Below are positions 56,381 to 64,000 of a stretch of DNA of 64,000 nucleotides, in pieces; positions within the stretch are counted from its first letter, which is position 1, and the number at the start of each line of letters is the position of its first letter. The DNA comes from Octopus vulgaris (Eukaryota), in the NCBI GenBank assembly GCA_951406725.2, contig OX597830.1, forward strand, positions 51,584,001 to 51,648,000, written 5' to 3'. The position numbers were made by a program, and so were the translations under genes. The notes under the pieces were generated by a model. It was given only the letters and a program-made list of their open reading frames with translations, did no database searches and had not been told where the DNA came from.

Positions 56381-57208
56381 TGAAAACTTACTAACTCTTG
56401 TAGAAACAATTGATAACGATGCGTGTGAGTGAGAAGTATGATAAGGGATAGCTCAGAGTTTGAACCTGTATTACAGACACACTTGAAATACGACAAATCT
56501 TACAATGAATAGTTCTTGATAATTACTTCTTGTAACAAGGAGGGGAATTTCAGGGATTATCTAACGGATAATCTCATTGATATACCCCTGTTCCATATAG
56601 AGGGTTGTTGGAGCCAGATTTGATACATTGTCAAGAATGTGACCTGATTTCACGTCCGACGCAAGGAGAGAGAGAGAGAAAGTGTCAGAGAGATAAAAAG
56701 TGACACAAAGAGCGAGAGACAGACAGACAGACAGACAAAAGCAGACAGAAAGAGAGAAGAGGAGGGAGGGAGGGAATAGAGAAACTGAAGTGTCTGTACA
56801 AGCTATGGGCTAGCATAAATGATCGCTTAAAAATGCGCACATCCAAGCACACGCCATAAACACACCACTGAAAGCACTCGCGCTCTAACCAGTCTTTCTA
56901 TCTTCGTCTACACAACATTTACTGCCACTTCAACGTTTCTCAATTTCTTTCAAGTTGTTCTTATGTCTACACACTAAACACACAAATACAATCATTCTTT
57001 TATAAAGTCCCTCGCTTCCTTCCGTTTCACAGCCATAATATTACACCTATCAGACATTAGGATACGCATAGCTACAATGTTTCACCTGCCAGCCGCCATA
57101 CTACAGTATTACTATACTGACTAATATATAATACGATTTATTACTGTATTACCACAGTGATTGACTATCAGACGCCATGCTAAAGTGTTGCTATAACGAC
57201 TGATATAT

Positions 57209-57633
57209 ATTTCTTTACTACCCACAAAGGGCTAAACATAGAGGGGTCAAACAAGGACAGACAAAGAGATTAAGTCGATTACATCGACCCCAGTGCGTAA
57301 CTGGTACTTACTTTATCGACCCCGAGAGGATGAAAGGCAAAGTCAACCTCGGCGGAATTTGAACTCAGAACGAAACGGCAGACGAAATGCCGCTAAGCAT
57401 TTCGCCCGGCGTGCTAACAATTCTACCAGCCCACCGCCTTTATATATATATTTTTTTACTACCCACAAGGGGCTAAACACAGAGAGGAGAAACAAGGACA
57501 GACAAAGGGATTAAGTTGATTATATCGACCCCAGTGCGTAACTGGTACTTAATTTATCGACCCCGAATGGATGAAGAGCAAAGTCGACCTCGGCAGAATT
57601 TGAACTCAGAACGTAACGGCAGAAGAAATAACC
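57209..57633 (-). mobile_element. Two major SINE units bracketed by a probable TSD
   Basis: actgatatat at ~57199 and ~57634. Confidence 0.8.
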
Positions 57634-59006
57634 ACTGATATATCAGACGCTACAATAGAGTAAGAGCACAGTGGCAGCATATCAGACTGGTGCTGATTTA
57701 TTGTAATGATTCACATAGATGATATACCATAATGTACGTACAGTGATTCTCATATCTGACGTTATACTAACAGTCGCCATATTATGATGTTCATCTCTGA
57801 CACCCTTAGTTGGTAACCTATTATTAGCGACTCCTGAAGTTGAGTTAAGATCCTTCGGAGTCGCAGAACTTTCACAATGAATACTAAAATTTGTGTGATT
57901 TGTTAATTGAAGTTTACAAGGAAAATTAAACAAAAATTGAACACAGCCTAAACTTGGTTTTTGTTCGCTTTTTGTTTCATAATTTCAGTTTACACTGAGA
58001 ACGACGACATATCTTGATGCTTAATATCGTAAAATCCTTGTCGTTGGTGTACATAAGGATTTGTAAAATGTTTCTATATTTTACTGTCAATGCTTCGTTT
58101 AATGATTGGTAGTGTTTCGTGTCCCGCTATACCTGGTGCCAGGTTATCACAGTTATTTTTCAAAGTACAATTCGAAATAGTTTCTTTTTTGTGTTATACA
58201 AAAGTGAAAATATTTCCCCGTGGAATAAAAGTGGTTACATCTATCGATACAGAAACGGAACAAAACAATGCGGAATTAATAGTTCCTTCAGGTTTTGATT
58301 GCAACAACACAATTCGTTAATGTGTGAAGTTGTAAAGAAGCCAGCAAAAAAGTACAACTAATCTCTTCTTTTTCGTAATACAAACTTACTTTTGCTTCAA
58401 GATATAAAGAGCACTGTCCAGTCCGCTTAATATATTGCGGATATTTGGCGAAAGAAAATAAACTAAGAATCTAGAAAAACTAAGAAGGTATCTCGGGAAT
58501 TTAGATTTGCCTCTTACGCAGATAAACTTTTATGATTTTCCGAAATGTTTCTAAGTCTTCTAAAGTCGAACAAGCAGTTTTTTGAGAAACATAAACTGGT
58601 TCCAGAAAACTTCTAAATAATATCATATGAAACATCATACTTAATTACAAATGTTAAGAAACAATACATGATTGTCGAAAAATTTGTGTTGCTAGGAGGA
58701 AGATTCAACGACTTTATACACGAAAAAAAAAACTCTGTAGACAAAGTGAGAAAAACTGCCCCATAAAATATAGTATTTAATATAATTACAAATAAAGTAG
58801 AAAATATCATTTTTTCCAAAGTAAAGTAGCAAATATGAACATGCAAAACTTATTTAAAGATTTAAAGGAAAAAACAATCTGCGATTCCTTTTGGCAGACG
58901 AATCGCCGACGTTCAGAGAGATATTCGTATGGAAACAACGTATGCGAATTCCGCTTTCTCGACCAAAAGAGAGACGTACAAATGAAGATTCTTTCTTCAA
59001 AACACA

Positions 59007-59059
<53 letters not shown>

Positions 59060-59061
<2 letters not shown>

Positions 59062-60135
59062 GAAGGTGAGCTTAAAAGTTCATAGGTTGACTATGAAAAA
59101 GTGATACTAGTACCATAACATGTCGTATGCATTAATTTTTAAACCCTCTTATTAATGGTTGCATTGTTTCTTTCCAGGTAAACTGATATCTGAGTGTTCA
59201 AAGAAGATTCCAAATGTAAATGGTAGCGACTTCGTTTGAAAAGGGAAAAAAAAGCATTGTAGTGTTATCAAGTAGCTGCAGAGAAAGGGTTTATGCCCCC
59301 CAATGCACTTTCATGCTGATATGCTTGCTATATTTGGGGATGACATTCCAGCTTCATAAACAGTGCAAAACTGAGCAGCTGAATTTAGGAGACAAAGGAG
59401 AAAGTCTTGAAAATTACCTGCAGTCTTGATGTCCTACAACTCCCACCAGCAAGGAAAACATTATTCGTGTTCACCATATGCAGATGGATGGCAAGCTATC
59501 GACTATGAATCAAATAGCCATTGCTATTGCATATCCTATGAAAGAGTTGAGAATATCCTGCGCAAAGAACTTGGCATGATGAATGTTTCTGCACGGTAGG
59601 TGCCACATCTTCTGACACATCATCAAAATGGGTTCCATGCTTTGAACCAGAGAAAAAAGACAATATATGCAACGGCAACGAAACACCCCTACTCACCTGC
59701 TCCCATGAAGGGCAAGGTCGTTTCAGCTGAAGGGAAGGTAGTGGCCTCAGTTTTTGTGGGAAGCAAAAATCAATTTTGTATATTTTCAGTGGATATTACA
59801 TTGCCAAAATGCTGAGTTAGTTATTAAAAGCTATCAACACCAAACGCCCAGGAAAACTGTGAAATGGGATTTTGTTTTTTCAGAACAGTGCTCCAGTATA
59901 TAAGTCCTTGCATGACTATGACTTTTGAACTGGTTCCACAGTCTCCCTATTCCCCTGATTTGGCCCCATTTGATTATCATCTGTTAGCCAATAAGAAAAA
60001 AAAACTTGACTGGGAACTAGTGTCGCAGTAATGACGTCATATATGCTGTTGATGAATGTTTTTACCGACAGGATGAAAACCTCTTCACCAATACGATCCA
60101 AACACTGCCACATCAATGAAAGAACTGTATCAACG
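59060..60135 (+). mobile_element. Degenerate mariner (DD34D-type) transposon
   Basis: ILRKELGMMNVSAR*VPHLLT (WVPxxL), EGKVVASVF, FELVPQSPYSPDLAPFDYHL (YSPDLAP); TIR-like cgaaggtgagcttaaaagttc after TA repeats. Confidence 0.85.
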
Positions 60136-60139
60136 AAGG

Positions 60140-61200
60140 ACTGAGTGTTGTCGTTCTAAAGAAGCGCATCCTTCCACCAGTGAGGTCGCTTCAGCTGGAT
60201 TCCTAAAAAAAAAAGTTTCCGCCGGTTACGACGACGAGGGTCCCAGCTGATACGATCAACGGAACAGCTTGCTCGTGAAATTAACGTGCAAATGGCTGAG
60301 CATTCCACAGACACGTGTACCCTTAACGTAGTTCTCGGGGATAATCAGCGTGACACAGAGAGTGACAAGGCTGACCCTTTGAAATACAAGTACTACTCAT
60401 TTTTGCCAGCTGAGTGGACTGGAGCAACGTGAAATAAAGTGTCTTGCTCAAGGACACAACGCGTCGGCGGGAATCGAACTCACAAACTTACGATCATGAG
60501 CCGAATGCCCTAACCACTAAGCCACGCGCCCTCACCGCTGGATTCCTACGTTGATCATGTAGTTGTTTCCAAGCATTTTGTAGTGCTGTAGCCCTTCCCC
60601 ATCTCTCCAAATGCTGATTATTATCTTGTGTGGGTGCAGCTCTGACTTGGCTCGAGATGTAGCTTTCTTATCAGGATTCAGCCATTCTTTCCTCCACTTT
60701 ATATTCACATAAAAACGCCATTTTATCATCACCGGTGACATTGCGGCAAAGAAATCTGTGTTTGTGTTAATGAGTTGACCGTTATTGAACAAGCAAACTG
60801 GCGACAATAGAGACGTGCTCTAGTTTGTCTCTTTCATTCAGAGCGTGAAACTCATACACCGACTTTTAGGATCCTACTCACCGACAGAAGCTGACAGGCG
60901 ACAAGATCAGGAAATCCTCCCACGTGCTGGATCAATACCCACGTAGATTGGTGCGGACCCTCGTGGATGAGCTCGTTTAATTGATCTCCATGGAACTGCA
61001 CGTGCCTTTCGGAACACAAAGAGTTTGTGAGGTAGAATTTCCCGTCCTTGAAGCGAGAGAATCGTTTCATTGCATTATTTTAAGTGAAAGCGTTTTTTTG
61101 TGTACACAGTACAAATGTCTCAAGAGACTTAGCAAGTTTGGACTCTTGAGTGAAACTGAAGAACAGCAGTATTCATCTTTTTTTTCTACTTGACCCTCCA
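60140..61200 (-). mobile_element. Second degenerate mariner (Mos1-like) interrupted by a SINE
   Basis: FSRFKDG..; KWRFYVNIKWRKEW..SELHPHKIIISIWRDGEGLQHYKML; continues LKRP..LL*NDN beyond the SINE. Confidence 0.8.
60206..60536 (-). mobile_element. tRNA-SINE (head B + tail Y) with 12-bp TSD
   Basis: TSD gctggattccta 60194-60205 / 60537-60548; head contains gtgtccttgagcaagacactt. Confidence 0.9.
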
Positions 61201-61294
61201 CCGTCATATGTCTGAAATTCAAATCTAAAAAGACGATAAATAAAAGTTGTAGAGGAAAACTAGAGCTACACAAACCATATAACACCACAATAAA

Positions 61295-61335
<41 letters not shown>

Positions 61336-62014
61336 AAGCTGTTCGATTCGGATTCCTTACTATTTGAAGTTACATAGGTTTTCAAGGAATTGAGTCATAA
61401 GCTTTGCAAACTTTCAATAAAATTTATTCTTTTTAGCTCTTAACAGGAAAACAAAGAATACGACCTCCTCTCTCTACTACCAAACATAGAAAGAGATCTT
61501 GTAAAAGAAGTTGTTTATTAGGAAATTAGAGAAAATATATATTGGGAAAATATCTTTACAGGAACATTTTTAAAATAAAAATTGTAAGTGTAAAATATAA
61601 TTTAATATTTTTTGCTTTTGTTTTGGTGGGTGAGGAGTGTGTACCTATATGAAGTTGAGATTGCACCACTTTTTTTTCTGGATTCCTTGAGTGGAGGGAA
61701 ACAATAATAAAAAAATTCGTGTTCCGAGGCTAACCGAAGTTTATTGGCGTCTTTAAAAAAGCAATTAAAGATATTAAGTCGTATGATTATATAGTTTTCT
61801 ATGGATTGTTATAATAGATTTGGATATATAAGCCTGCTATTATGTGTATACGGCTTGTATAAATACGTAGGCATCTCAAAAAGAGTAAATTGACATCGTT
61901 TTTGAGAGATTTATTTCTCCTTTCTTGTTTCGAAATTTGCTGGTCGAAGAAGAGGTTTCCTCCTTCCTGCTCTGCAATAGTACCCAAGCTGGTGGTGATA
62001 CCTCAGAGAAGTAC

Positions 62015-62612
62015 AAGGCGGCGAGCTGGCAGAATCGTTAGCACGCTGGGCGAAATGCTTAGCGGTATTTGGTCTGCCGCTACGTTCTGAGTTCAAATTC
62101 TGCCGAGGTCGACTTTGCCTTTCATCCTTTCGGGGTCGATAAATTAAGTACCAGTTGCATACTGGGGTCGATGTAATCGACTTAATCCCTATGTCTGTCC
62201 TTGTTTGTCCCCTCTATCTTTGGTCCCTTGTGGGTAATAAAGAAATAGGTATTTCGTCTGCCGCTAGGTTCTGATTTCAAATTCCGCTGAGGTCGGCTTT
62301 GCCTTTCATCCTTTCGGGGTCGATAAATTAAGTACCAGTTGCATACTGGGGTCGATGTAATCGACTTAATCCCTATGTCTGTCCTTGTTTGTCCCCTCTA
62401 TCTTTGGTCCCTTGTGGGTAATAAAGAAATAGGTATTTCGTCTGCCGCTAGGTTCTGATTTCAAATTCCGCTGAGGTCGACTTTGCCTTTCATCCTTTCG
62501 GGGTCGAAAAAATAAGGAACAGTTGCCTGGGGTCGATATAATCGACTTAATCCGTTTGTCTATCTTTGTTTGTCCTCTCTGTGTTTAGCCCCTTGTGGGT
62601 AGTAAAGAAATA
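62015..62612 (+). mobile_element. Major SINE trimer with a single 18-bp TSD
   Basis: Junctions at 62248 and 62432 (184-bp period); TSD gatacctcagagaag(t/c)ac 61997-62014 / 62613-62630. Confidence 0.92.
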
Positions 62613-63265
62613 GATACCTCAGAGAAGCACTTTGACTCATGTGGAGTTGCTCGGAACCATCGGCTGCCTTGCAACGGCGATTATTTTCGACAATCCACTT
62701 GGCAGACCCAAAACATGTCAGAGGTCTCAGGTCAAGCTGAGCGGGATTTTGGTGATTCCTTTCTTTTGCTGATGTTAATTTTCCTTGGAATTACTCTGTT
62801 GACTGGGGCAAGAGAAATATCAACAATTTGTGGAATCTTGCACCAGCTATGTCCATCATCAAGATTGCCCCACAATCACTGGATCGGGAACGAAATTTGC
62901 TTAGTGGGTGCAAATCCAAGTCCAAAATATTTGCAAACAAGGTTCTAACGTCCTTTAATTTTGTTTTTCTTTGAGAAGAAACCTAACTTCAAGCTACGTT
63001 TTACAGATAACTGTTTTCTAGACCTGAAAAAAGTAAGTAGGTGTGTAAATTTTGATTTTGCGCCTACAAACACCGCCCACAATATTCCTTCTTTGAAAGT
63101 CGGACAACTCTTTTATTTCTAGTGTCTGCAACGTGGCTATATGCTATAAACAATTAATATACTGTAAATTGAAATGGAAAACGATAATGCATTACGTTGT
63201 GTCAGCACAAATAAAACGCTATAACGAGAATGTCACTTTACTTTTCTGATGTCTGTATATGAACA

Positions 63266-63660
63266 GGCGGCGATCTGGCAGAAACGTTAGCACGCCGGGC
63301 GAAATGCGTAGCCGTATTTCGTCTGCCGTTACGTACTGAGTTCAAATTCTGCCGAGGTCGACTTTGCCTTTCATCCTTTGGGGGTCGATAAATTAAGTAC
63401 CAGTTACGCACTGGGGTCGATATAATCGACTTAATCCATTTGTCTGTCCTTCTTTGTCCCCTCTGTGTTTAGCCCCTTGTGGGTAGTAAAAAAAATAGGT
63501 ATTTCGTCTGCCGCTACGTTCTGAATTAAAATTTCGCCGAGGTCGCCTTTGCCTTTCATCCTTTCGGGGTCGATAAATTAAGTACCAGTTGCATACTGGG
63601 GTAGATCTAATCGACTGACCTTCCCCCAAATTTCGGGCTTTGTGCCTAGAGTAGAACAGA
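63266..63660 (+). mobile_element. Major SINE dimer whose two units have different tail types
   Basis: Unit 1 ends gtgggtagtaaaaaaaata; unit 2 ends cccccaaatttcgggctttgtgcctagagtagaa. Confidence 0.85.
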
Positions 63661-64000
63661 AAAGGATGTCTGTATACACACAAAAACACATTTGTGTGTG
63701 TGTATGTATGTATGTATGTAAGTATGTATGTATGTGTGCACATGCACCGCAATAATGGATGTCATGGTCTGATGGTCTCTGAAGAGTATTCGTGGAACAT
63801 AAACGTAAGTTGACGTAAATAGTTATTTAAAGTTAACTACTTTGCTTCCTTTTTATAGCTTTCTTTTGTTAATAGACCCCCCACACACACACACACACAC
63901 ATTATTTTTATGTTCGTTTCAATACGTGAATGAGTCAAACTTCGGGTGAAATAAGGGTATAGTAACAAACATAAATAAAGCCTTGGACGTTAAATATAAA

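Noticed and set aside
62248-62431. Ribozyme inside the 184-bp SINE unit (retrozyme hypothesis)
   Set aside because: I found hairpins but no hammerhead, HDV-like or twister consensus by eye; an Infernal scan would settle it
62630-62960. 117-aa plus-strand ORF
   Set aside because: Starts in a SINE tail; the minus strand looks more like a decayed LINE ORF1 zinc-knuckle region but is too degenerate to call

Overview
AT-rich, microsatellite-dense eukaryotic DNA. The tRNA-derived SINE families and (TA)n/(CA)n/(TAA)n load look like a cephalopod (probably Octopus); this is inferred from recognition, not a search. I see no intact protein-coding gene, and most listed ORFs are translated microsatellites or SINEs. 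The window is mainly mobile-element debris: >20 copies of one tRNA-SINE (often in 184-bp head-to-tail multimers), other SINE families, Penelope-like fragments with inverted ends, Dong/R4, Tx1/L1 and CR1 LINE pieces, Tc1/mariner relics and a non-autonomous Helitron with STPR repeats. Most notable: (1) at least eight type-I hammerhead-ribozyme motifs from about five unrelated repeat families, one at the apex of a ~405-bp rod-like palindromic element bracketed by a 12-bp direct repeat; (2) SINE multimers with an invariant junction in the anticodon-loop equivalent, one inserted as a trimer with a single TSD; (3) phase-compatible decayed exons suggesting a ZU5/UPA-type pseudogene (+, 1.4-12.1 kb) and an LRR/Toll-like pseudogene (-, 37-45.6 kb). 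All family assignments were made by eye; no alignments or folding programs were run.
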